DNA of 64,000 nucleotides from Corallococcus exiguus (lineage in GTDB: Bacteria > Myxococcota > Myxococcia > Myxococcales > Myxococcaceae): NCBI RefSeq assembly GCF_965139275.1, contig NZ_CBCSLE010000005.1; one strand, 5' to 3'. A model generated the notes under the pieces. The model saw only the letters and a list, made by a program, of their open reading frames with translations. It did not search any database and was not told where the DNA came from. Both the position numbers and the translations under genes were made by a program. Positions 29,720 through 37,478 of this stretch are shown in pieces; positions within the stretch are counted from its first letter, which is position 1; the number at the start of each line of letters is the position of its first letter.

Positions 29720-31074
29720 CACCAGACCCCCTTCGCCACGTTCTCCATGGCCAGCAGCCCGAAGTCACGCTGGGCCTCGTAGGACTGCGTGCTCAACCAT
29801 TGCCTCACGGTCAAGGTGCTGGAGCCCGTGATACTACGCCGGATCGACGAGTAGAGCGCGCTGACGTCGGTGTGCAGGATCTTGTCCAGTGGGATGAGGT
29901 TCTCGGTGTTGTGGAGGGCCTGGGGGCCGAAGCGCTTCACGTTGCCCGGGGTTTGCTCGACGATGTGGTGCCACTCCTTGTTCTTGCCCGCCGGGCCCAT
30001 GGCCTTCTTGAAACCACTGAACGAGCTCCAGGCCCTGTAGCCCAAGGGACGCGCCTTGGCGGAGGCGCTGCCGCCCGTGGCTTTGGCCGCCATGGCCACC
30101 GCGCCGGGCGCGAGGGCGATGGTGACGGTCTCGGCGCTCACGGCCACCGTTCCCACGTCCGCGACCGCCGCGAGCCTGATGCCCATTTGCGCTTCAGCCT
30201 GGACCGCCGCCTGCGCGGCGCCTGGGAGCATTGGCACCTTCGACCCCAGCCCCGCCGCCGTGTTCCCAATGGCGGCCGTGGCCAACATGGCGAACGCGCG
30301 CGCCGCGTTGCGGCCCATGACCTTGCCGTAGCGCTCACCCGCCTCGCGGAGTTCGTCAAACGTGGTGGCCCGCTCCGCCTCCTCCACCAGCTGCTTGAAG
30401 CCCAAGATGAGGCTCCAGAACGTATCGACCCCGACGTAGGCAATGAGGGAGGCGGTCATCACGGCGGCCACGCCCTTCGAGAAAGGCTCGGGCACCGCGA
30501 GCAAGATGCAGTACGTGGTCCACGTCCAAAGAACCGCAGCCATCATGGCCTGGGGATCAGCCATCTCTTTGAAGGCGTCCATCATCTCGTCCCGCACGAC
30601 GCCTTGGGCCAAGGCCATGGCCAGGGCGTAACGGCCATCCCCGGTGACAGTAGGGCTCTCCACCAGGAGGCGCAGGCAATCGCCGGGATTGCTCGTTCGC
30701 TCGCACCAGCGCAGGTATGCGCGCGTCAGATCCACCTCTGTCGAGGGGAGATCACCGTCCAGGTGTTCGCCCGGTCCCAGCGGGATGACACGGTGGCTGC
30801 GCGGCTCGTACAGGTATGAACCGCTGCGCGGATCCATCTCGAAAAACCGCCGGGCCGTTTCCTGGGGATGAGTGGACGGACGTACGTTCCGGGCGAGCGC
30901 TTCTACGGCTTCAACGAAGTCGTCTTCGTCCAGCGCCACCGGGGCGGTATCGCCGCTGCGTGGGGTAAGGACGATGGACTCGCCGTGGCCCGTGTGCAGG
31001 CGCACGGACTTCGTGGTGCCGCTGCATCCAGCCAGCATCACGAGCAGTAGGAGAATTGACCATCGTGGCAGCAT
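29719..31074 (-). CDS. Lipoprotein polymorphic toxin with C-terminal WHH-type (HNH/EndoVII superfamily) nuclease domain (SitA-like architecture)
   Basis: Start at ATG 31072-31074 gives signal MLPRWSILLLLVMLAGCSG (lipobox). Long Ala-rich helical central region. C-terminus KEWHHIVEQTPGNVKRFGPQALHNTENLIPLDKILH carries a W-H-H...N...H pattern as in WHH nuclease toxins. Confidence 0.6.
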   Translation of the reverse strand: MLPRWSILLLLVMLAGCSGTTKSVRLHTGHGESIVLTPRSGDTAPVALDEDDFVEAVEALARNVRPSTHPQETARRFFEMDPRSGSYLYEPRSHRVIPLGPGEHLDGDLPSTEVDLTRAYLRWCERTSNPGDCLRLLVESPTVTGDGRYALAMALAQGVVRDEMMDAFKEMADPQAMMAAVLWTWTTYCILLAVPEPFSKGVAAVMTASLIAYVGVDTFWSLILGFKQLVEEAERATTFDELREAGERYGKVMGRNAARAFAMLATAAIGNTAAGLGSKVPMLPGAAQAAVQAEAQMGIRLAAVADVGTVAVSAETVTIALAPGAVAMAAKATGGSASAKARPLGYRAWSSFSGFKKAMGPAGKNKEWHHIVEQTPGNVKRFGPQALHNTENLIPLDKILHTDVSALYSSIRRSITGSSTLTVRQWLSTQSYEAQRDFGLLAMENVAKGVW

Positions 31075-31291
31075 GCGGAGCCCTCCTGGCGCGGGCCCCC
31101 TTCGCTCGGGAGCGTATCGGCGGCGCAAGGCCTAGTAATACCAGATAGAGCTGACAGATGCTCCGGGCTGACGCCGTCTGTGGTGGAGCGTGTGCGGCCG
31201 ACGGCGTGCCTTCTGGAACGTCACGCCGAGAGAGAGCGTGCGCTGTCAGCCCGGTCACCACAGCTTGAGCGTGAAAGGCCCCACCGAGCAC

Positions 31292-31585
31292 CGGACGGTT
31301 ACCTTCGTCTCCGACGCGCGCCTGCCCTTGGACAACAACCGCTCCGAGGCAGCGCTGCGCAAAGCGGCGCTGGGCCGGAAGAACTTCCTCTTCGTCGGCC
31401 ATGAGGCCGCGGGCGAAAACCTCGCTGGCCTCTACGCCCTCGTCGCCACCTGCGAAGCCAACGGCGTCAATCCCGAGGCCTACCTCGCCGACATGCTGCT
31501 GCGCGTCCAGACGCACCCGCTTGCGCGCGTCGGCGAGCCGCTGCCGCACGAATGGGAGCGGCTTCGCGCCGCCGACGCTTCCTGA
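31292..31585 (+). pseudogene. IS66-family transposase (TnpC) C-terminal fragment
   Basis: VTFVSDARLPLDNNRSEAALRKAALGRKNFLFVGHEAAGENLAGLYALVATCEANGVNPEAYLADMLLRVQTHP...EPLPHEW matches the conserved C-terminal about 100 aa of IS66 TnpC (LDNN..E...R.....RKN.LF.GS..GG). No N-terminal about 400 aa and no inverted repeats found. Confidence 0.7.
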
Positions 31586-31779
31586 CGCCACCTCACCACG
31601 GCATTTCTCCCCGCTGGGACTCGCGGCGCCCGCCGAGCACGGCCAGGGCCTGCCTTCAAGCTCGCCAACACGTCATTGGCCGGACAGTTACGATGGATAT
31701 AACATTTAGCTTGTTCTGGGGCCCCTCTCTGCGGTGGCCCGAACAGCGAGGGGACCAAGGGGCCGGTCTTGCCGAAGTG

Positions 31780-33378
31780 CTATTCACCAACAGGGGTGTC
31801 GATTGGTGGAACACCTTCCTTCTGTTGGGGGACCTGTGCAGAGGCGTTTGCCGGCTGTGCGGCAAGGTGAGTTGGAGTCAAGGAAGGGCTTGCATGAAGC
31901 ATAGCTCTTAAGTCGTTTTCGATTTCAGAGAGTATTTTGAGATGAAATATGGCGAACTGGTCGGGATTGAGTCCTTGAGGAGAGGCTGCGCCCGAGAGTC
32001 TCTTGAAGACGTCCGCATGCTTCCTTCGTTTGACCGCTACTTTGTTGCCCTTTCCATGATCGACGTCGTGTCTGATTTCTGTGCGAAGCGTGTTTACATC
32101 TATGAAGGAAGAAGGTGGCGACTCGCCGAGTCGCTCCCCAGGGCCTTCCCACAAAAGAAAGTAAAGGTTGTCGATCAGCTTTTCATATTCTGCGACGTCC
32201 GAAATCAAAACTCCAAGGCTTCTCTGTGCCTTCAGGGTTTTGTTTGTTGGCTTGAAGAGGTCTTTGCCGGTGGCGGATTGAGATTTTGTGTTTATCTGCT
32301 CAATCAGTTCTGCGATTTGTTCTGCCTTGGCGAGGACGTCGGCCTTAGGAGTCGTTTTGGCGATGGCTGTGGCGCCAAAAGCACTGGCCAGTTCAGGGTT
32401 TTTGGTGAGGAGCTTTTTGGTGAGGATGCGCTGTCGGGCCTCTGGGCCGGATTTGATATTGGCGTTGATTGTCTTCTGGAATTCGAGGTAGTCGCGATCG
32501 GTGGCCTTGACCCCTAGTTCTACTTGCTTGGAAAGCTCTTCTGTGAAGGCTTCGGCGAAGCTGGAGAACACCGTCTCGTGTCCAACGGCCTTTCCTGCTG
32601 AGACGAGCGTTGCCGCAAGGGTGAAGATTGATTGAACTATGGTCCGGTTGTGTAGTGCTGGGGAAGGGGCGGGAAAGGATTTGTCGAGAAAGGCTAGTGT
32701 TGATGTGATTCTTTTGGCGACCGCTGATTTTCTTGAGAATGTCGAGTTGTTTTCGAATATCAGCTTGAGGTCGTCAAAGCGAAGGCCTGTTGTGATCCCC
32801 TTGATTTCGATTGCGCAGGCCTTGGCGGCAATGTCGAGATGTGAGTGGCGGTAGTCCTCGACTTGGCATTTTGACTTGAAAAAACTGTGCTTTGATACGT
32901 CGAGTGCGAAGTCGCGCAATTCGCTGTGAATGGCGTTTAGTCTCTCGCTGCTCGTGAGCGGAAGTCCGAGTTGGAGTCTTTGAAAGAACTCCTTGAGGTC
33001 TGATTCAATGGCCCCGGTGATTACGTCGTACTCGATCTCGAAGTCATCGAATTTGTCTGCTATCGCAGTTGGGAGTTCTTTGTAGAGTTTCCCTCCCATT
33101 TGAGTGGGAGAGTCCATAGGGATCTCAAGCTCATTTCCAAAGAAGCGCCAGATGGCCTGAAGGCGCTGCTGCCCGTCGACCACTTCGTACTGGTCGCTGT
33201 CGTTGGACTTCTTGACAAAGTAGAATTTTGGCAGCTTCCATCCGCGTAGGATGCTGTCGATAAGATTCTGCTGAAGCTTTTTGTCCCAGACTTTCCCGCG
33301 TTGCCAATCTGGAATCTCATAGCGACCGCGCCGTGCATAAATCTTGTCGAGAGACCTCTTCTCTGATCTCATTTCCAT
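31780..33378 (-). CDS. DUF262 (ParB/GmrS-like N-terminal NTPase domain) protein with uncharacterised C-terminal domain; candidate defence gene
   Basis: N-terminus YEIPDWQRGKVWDKKLQQNLIDSILRGWKLPKFYF...VVDGQQRL is the DUF262 signature. Gene GC is about 50% versus about 70% for flanking DNA. Confidence 0.75.
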   Translation of the reverse strand: MEMRSEKRSLDKIYARRGRYEIPDWQRGKVWDKKLQQNLIDSILRGWKLPKFYFVKKSNDSDQYEVVDGQQRLQAIWRFFGNELEIPMDSPTQMGGKLYKELPTAIADKFDDFEIEYDVITGAIESDLKEFFQRLQLGLPLTSSERLNAIHSELRDFALDVSKHSFFKSKCQVEDYRHSHLDIAAKACAIEIKGITTGLRFDDLKLIFENNSTFSRKSAVAKRITSTLAFLDKSFPAPSPALHNRTIVQSIFTLAATLVSAGKAVGHETVFSSFAEAFTEELSKQVELGVKATDRDYLEFQKTINANIKSGPEARQRILTKKLLTKNPELASAFGATAIAKTTPKADVLAKAEQIAELIEQINTKSQSATGKDLFKPTNKTLKAQRSLGVLISDVAEYEKLIDNLYFLLWEGPGERLGESPPSSFIDVNTLRTEIRHDVDHGKGNKVAVKRRKHADVFKRLSGAASPQGLNPDQFAIFHLKILSEIENDLRAMLHASPSLTPTHLAAQPANASAQVPQQKEGVPPIDTPVGE

Positions 33379-33462
33379 GCTCGTGACCTCCTAAAAACGC
33401 TGTTGTGAGTAGAGCGTCCCGCAACCCGTTCAGGGCCGCGTCAGAAAAACCCAAGGAAAACA

Positions 33463-33561
33463 TGGCGGTAGGGCACGGGAATCGAACTCGCCAGGGACTG
33501 CTCTCGCAGCCCCTCATTGGTTTTGAAGACCAAGCCGGCCACCAGGTCCGGAGGCCCTACC
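33463..33561 (-). tRNA. selC: tRNA-Sec (selC-like; anticodon UCA)
   Basis: rc sequence GGTAGGGC-C-...-TTGGT-CTTCAAA-ACCAA-[GGGCTGC-GAGA-GCAGTCC variable hairpin]-..GTTCGATTCCC..-GCCCTACC-G-CCA. 8-bp acceptor stem, anticodon loop CUUCAAA, long extra arm and about 99 nt length, all as in bacterial selC. D-arm and T-stem pairing are imperfect in my hand fold. Confidence 0.6.
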
Positions 33562-33603
33562 GCTTCCGATTACCGCCGCTCCGCCCCAGTCCGTCAACCG
33601 CCG

Positions 33604-34572
33604 TCACGTCTTGCGCGCGGACACCACGGCGTACTCGTCGCAGTTGAACAGCGCGGGCCACTGGAGTTGCTCCGGTGTCATCCGCATCGCCTTGTGCACG
33701 TCCGCGCGCACCTGGTGCAGGGACGTGCTCCCCGGCTGCCTCTCCAGCTGCGTCATGCCCCGCAGCGCCACCAGCGCCGTGTTCACCGCCGGGTACACAT
33801 CCTCCGCGATGGACTCCACCTTCGCGTCCTGGAACCCCGCCCGCCGCAGCTCCTCCCGGTATCGCTCCGTCGACCAGACGTTCTCCTCCGGGAAGGCAAT
33901 CAGTCCCCGCCAGTAGCGGTAGCGCAGCCGCGCTCGGAGTCCTGCTCCAGCCTCACGGTCCGTCTTCTGCGCCATGTCCGCCATCACCAGCCGGCCTCCC
34001 GGCTTCAGCACCCGGAAGGCCTCGCGCAGGAAGTCCTGCCGCATCCGGAAGTGCATCGCGGACTCCAGCGCGAACACCACGTCGAACGCTCCCTCCGGCC
34101 CCGGCAGCGCCGTCGCGCTCCCCACCTCCAGCCGGACCACGCCCTCCAGCCCCGTCAGCTTCACGCGCTCCCGGCCCACCTTCACCTGGTTCGGCGTGAT
34201 GTTCACCCCGACGATGCTCGCGGGCTTGAACTCCTCCGCCCACAGCAGGTCCTGGTCCGCGTACCCGAAGCCGCAGTCCAAGACGGCATCCCCAGGCCCC
34301 AGCTTCGCCGTCCTCGCCAACAGGCGCGCCATCTCCGCCTGGGCGGACCGGAACAGCTCACCCACGCGCTCCACGTTGGTGTCGTCCACCTTCTCCACGT
34401 GCTTCCAGTAGCCCAGGTTGATCCAGAAGGGCTCCCGGCCCGTCGTCACCCGGATGTCGCTCGGCGCGGGCATCCCCGCCACCCAGGCTCCCGTCTCGTT
34501 CGTATAGAAGCGCTCCGGGTCCGCCAGAAACGCACTCTTCAGCCGCGTCGCGACCTGCCTCACGTTGACCAT
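33604..34572 (-). CDS. Class I SAM-dependent methyltransferase
   Basis: Start ATG 34570-34572 (MVNVRQVATRL). Motif I VLDCGFGYADQDL and post-I acidic residue. Resembles small-molecule O/C-methyltransferases. Confidence 0.75.
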   Translation of the reverse strand: MVNVRQVATRLKSAFLADPERFYTNETGAWVAGMPAPSDIRVTTGREPFWINLGYWKHVEKVDDTNVERVGELFRSAQAEMARLLARTAKLGPGDAVLDCGFGYADQDLLWAEEFKPASIVGVNITPNQVKVGRERVKLTGLEGVVRLEVGSATALPGPEGAFDVVFALESAMHFRMRQDFLREAFRVLKPGGRLVMADMAQKTDREAGAGLRARLRYRYWRGLIAFPEENVWSTERYREELRRAGFQDAKVESIAEDVYPAVNTALVALRGMTQLERQPGSTSLHQVRADVHKAMRMTPEQLQWPALFNCDEYAVVSARKT

Positions 34573-34750
34573 CGCCAGCCTCCTGGGCCTTCCATCCGAC
34601 GGCCGGAACCCTAGTCCGTGTCTCGGCAATTCCAGGCCTGGCCTGCATGACGGTTTTCACTGGTGAATGAAGCGGGGCCGCTCGTCCGGTGTCCCAGGGG
34701 ACGCCTTGCCCGGCGCGTCATCCGAGCTTCATGATGAGCGCTCTTCCGCC

Positions 34751-37150
34751 ATGCGCCGAACCTTCCGTCCCGTCCCCCTGGCACCGGGCTTCCCACCGGC
34801 GCTCGTCCTGCTGCTGTGTCTGTGTCTGTCCTTGAGCGTCGGGGCAGCCCCGGCGGCGACGAACGCCAGGCCGTTCCGCGTCGGGCCTCCCGCCGCGTGG
34901 GTGAAGCCGCTTCCCATTCCTCCAGACCCCGGCCCGACTCCCGAGGGCGAGGAGGAGACCAGCGTCTCCCGGCTGCTGATCGAGGAACAGGTGCGCGTGT
35001 CCGGCCCATCGCGCGTGCACTACCTGCACTCGGCCCAGAAGGTCCTCTCGCCGCGGGGCATCGACCGCGTCACGGACATCCAGTTCCGCTTCGATCCGAC
35101 GTACCAGAAGCTCACCGTCCACGGCATCTGGCGCATCCGCGACGGCCGCCGCGAGGACGTCTTCCAGCCCGCCGAGGCCCGCGTCATCCAGCAGGAGACC
35201 GAGCTCCAGAACCGGCTCTACAACGGCAACCTCTCCGTGGTGCCCTTCCTCCACGACGTGCGCGTGGGCGACACCGTGGAGGTCGCGTACTCCTTCGAAG
35301 GCGCCAACCCCGTCTTTGGCGGACGCTTCTCCGACGTCGTCGGCGTGGGCCATTCCTATCCCGTGGTCCACTTCGCCTACCGGCTGCTGTGGCCGGAGGG
35401 GCGGGGGCGCACGCTCTTCATCCGGGACTTCGCCGCGCCGGGCCTGTCGCGCTCGGAGTCGATGCTGAACGGCGAGCGTGAAATCATCCTGGAGCGCCGC
35501 CACGTGCCCGCGGTCCGCCACGAGGACAACGTCCCCGGCTGGCAGCCCGTCTACCCGTGGATCCAGTTCAGCGAATACAAGGACTGGAACGACGTCGCGC
35601 GCTGGGCCTCCACGCTGTTCCAGGTGCCCGCCCGCTCGAAGTCGCTGGAGCAGGAGGTCCGCCGGCTTTCGAAGGAGCCCACCCCGGAGGCGCGCTTCCT
35701 CGCCGCGCTTCGCTTCGTCCAGGACGAGGTGCGCTACCTGGGCATCGAGATGGGCCCCAACTCCCACCAGCCCCATCCGCCCGACGAGGTCCTCCAGCGC
35801 CGCTTCGGCGACTGCAAGGACAAGTCGCTCCTCTTGGTGTCGCTCCTCAAGGGGCTGGGCATCGACGCGCAGCCGGCGCTCGTGAGCACGGACCTCACGC
35901 AGCTGCTGGACGGCTTGCGTCCCACCGCCACCGCGTTCAACCACGTCATCGTCCACGCCACCGTGGCCGGCCGCGAGCTGTGGGTGGATCCCACGGCGAC
36001 GCTGGAGCGCGGCGGGCTGGACAGCTACGAGCCGCCCTCCTACGGCCGGGCCCTCCTCGTCGCCCCCGGCACCACGGCGCTCTCCGTCATCCCCACGCCC
36101 ACGCTGACGGAGCCCTCCCTCTTCGTGGACGAGACCTACGTCGCGATGGGCCGCGACGGGGCCGCGACACTCGACGTCGTCACCACGCGCACGGGGGCGG
36201 CCGCCAACTCCATGCGCCGCGCGCTCGCGGGCACATCCCTGTCCGAGGTGTCCCGCCTCTACTTCAACTACTACGCGAAGACGGACGCGGACATCTCCAT
36301 CGCGAAGCCCATGTCGGTGGACGACGACACCGTGACGAACGTGCTCGTCACGCAAGAGCACTACCGCATCGAGGACTTCTGGACCTCGGACGGTCGCCGG
36401 GAGTTCCGCGCGCATGGCCTGCGCCAGCACCTCGCCGTGCCGAACTACTCCCACCGCGCCTTCCCGCTGGAGGTGGAGCACCCCGTCTTCGCCCGCCACC
36501 GCATCACGCTGAAGGCCGGCGAGCTGCCCCCTGTCAAAACGGAGTACGAGGTCGTGGACGGTCCGGCCTTCCGCTTCGTGGCCGACACCCGCGCCGAAGG
36601 CAAGACGCTGCTGCTCGACTACAGCTATCGCAGCACCGCGGACTCGGTCCCGCCCGAGCGCATCGCCGAGTACGTGAAGGCCCTGCGCGCCACCGAGGCC
36701 CAGCGCGGCTACGCCATCCAACTCAGGAGCCGGGCCGCCCGCCACCAGGCCTCATCCGTTCCGTCCGGCGAGGCGGGTGCCATCCTCCTGGGCGTCATCG
36801 CGACGTGCCTCGTGCTGTGGTTCGTCATCGCGCAGGGCGGCCCGGTCGCGCTCTGGCGCAAGGGCCGCGCCTGGGGCCGGCGCCGCGCCTTCGCACGCAA
36901 GTTCGACGCGGACCACCGGGGCGACAGCGCAGGAACCGCCATCCCCATCACCAGCCCCCAGGAGCTGCTCTCCACGCTGGGCCGGCTGCGCTGCGCCTGC
37001 GGAGCCACCAGTGAGGCCCCACGGGAGTCGCTCCGCCACGAGGCCGTCGTCCTGGGCGACCGCCACCTCACCCTGGTGCAGTGGCAGTGCCCCACCTGCG
37101 CCCGAGCCCGCCGCGCCTACTTCGAGGACATGGGCTCGCGCGCCGCCTGA
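34751..37150 (+). CDS. Secreted transglutaminase-like protein (DUF3857/DUF3858 + TGase core)
   Basis: Signal peptide MRRTFRPVPLAPGFPPALVLLLCLCLSLSVGAAPA. Papain-like TGase core FGDCKDKSLLLVSLLKGLGIDAQPALVST. C-terminal TM segment. Confidence 0.7.
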   Translation: MRRTFRPVPLAPGFPPALVLLLCLCLSLSVGAAPAATNARPFRVGPPAAWVKPLPIPPDPGPTPEGEEETSVSRLLIEEQVRVSGPSRVHYLHSAQKVLSPRGIDRVTDIQFRFDPTYQKLTVHGIWRIRDGRREDVFQPAEARVIQQETELQNRLYNGNLSVVPFLHDVRVGDTVEVAYSFEGANPVFGGRFSDVVGVGHSYPVVHFAYRLLWPEGRGRTLFIRDFAAPGLSRSESMLNGEREIILERRHVPAVRHEDNVPGWQPVYPWIQFSEYKDWNDVARWASTLFQVPARSKSLEQEVRRLSKEPTPEARFLAALRFVQDEVRYLGIEMGPNSHQPHPPDEVLQRRFGDCKDKSLLLVSLLKGLGIDAQPALVSTDLTQLLDGLRPTATAFNHVIVHATVAGRELWVDPTATLERGGLDSYEPPSYGRALLVAPGTTALSVIPTPTLTEPSLFVDETYVAMGRDGAATLDVVTTRTGAAANSMRRALAGTSLSEVSRLYFNYYAKTDADISIAKPMSVDDDTVTNVLVTQEHYRIEDFWTSDGRREFRAHGLRQHLAVPNYSHRAFPLEVEHPVFARHRITLKAGELPPVKTEYEVVDGPAFRFVADTRAEGKTLLLDYSYRSTADSVPPERIAEYVKALRATEAQRGYAIQLRSRAARHQASSVPSGEAGAILLGVIATCLVLWFVIAQGGPVALWRKGRAWGRRRAFARKFDADHRGDSAGTAIPITSPQELLSTLGRLRCACGATSEAPRESLRHEAVVLGDRHLTLVQWQCPTCARARRAYFEDMGSRAA

Positions 37151-37155
37151 GACGC

Positions 37156-37458
37156 CTACTGGCAGATGCCCGGGCAGTCCGCGCTGCCCCCGGGCTGGCA
37201 CGTGTCGGACGGATCATCCACGCAGGTGTTTCCGGACACGTTCCCCGCGCAGCCCCCGAAGAGGCCGCCGCAGCACTCGACATACCCCTCCGGCACGTCA
37301 CACGGCGTCGGGAAGGACTGGCACGTCTCGCTGTCCGAGCGCGCGAACACCACCACCTGCGGACACGTGCGCGGCTCTTCGTCGTCGTCGCCCAGACAGC
37401 CCGTCAGACCCAGCACCGCCATCAGCCCCAGCTTCGTCCATGCATGCATGGCGCGCAT
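37156..37458 (-). CDS. Small Cys-rich lipoprotein (about 100 aa, 11 Cys)
   Basis: Lipobox LGLTGCLG after MRAMHAWTKLGLMAV. Immediately downstream of the TPR/zincin gene on the same strand. Confidence 0.45.
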   Translation of the reverse strand: MRAMHAWTKLGLMAVLGLTGCLGDDDEEPRTCPQVVVFARSDSETCQSFPTPCDVPEGYVECCGGLFGGCAGNVSGNTCVDDPSDTCQPGGSADCPGICQ

Positions 37459-37478
37459 CAGGGCAGGGGAGAACGGCG

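Larger units (their letters stand above)
28603..33462. mobile_element. Putative integrated element / genomic islet inserted at the 3' end of tRNA-Sec (integrase not present, likely decayed)
   Basis: Bounded by a direct repeat of the tRNA 3' end. Carries a toxin-immunity module, an IS66 transposase fragment and a low-GC DUF262 gene. Confidence 0.5.

Noticed and set aside
33379-33462. Integrase gene expected next to the tRNA end of the islet
   Set aside because: Only 84 bp separate the tRNA from the DUF262 gene start and no ORF with tyrosine-recombinase motifs (R..H..R..Y) exists anywhere in 28603-33462. The element is therefore described as integrase-less/decayed.
34718-36745. 675-aa minus-strand ORF opposite the transglutaminase-like gene
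   Set aside because: Low-complexity translation. The plus-strand protein has a signal peptide and a conserved TGase core.
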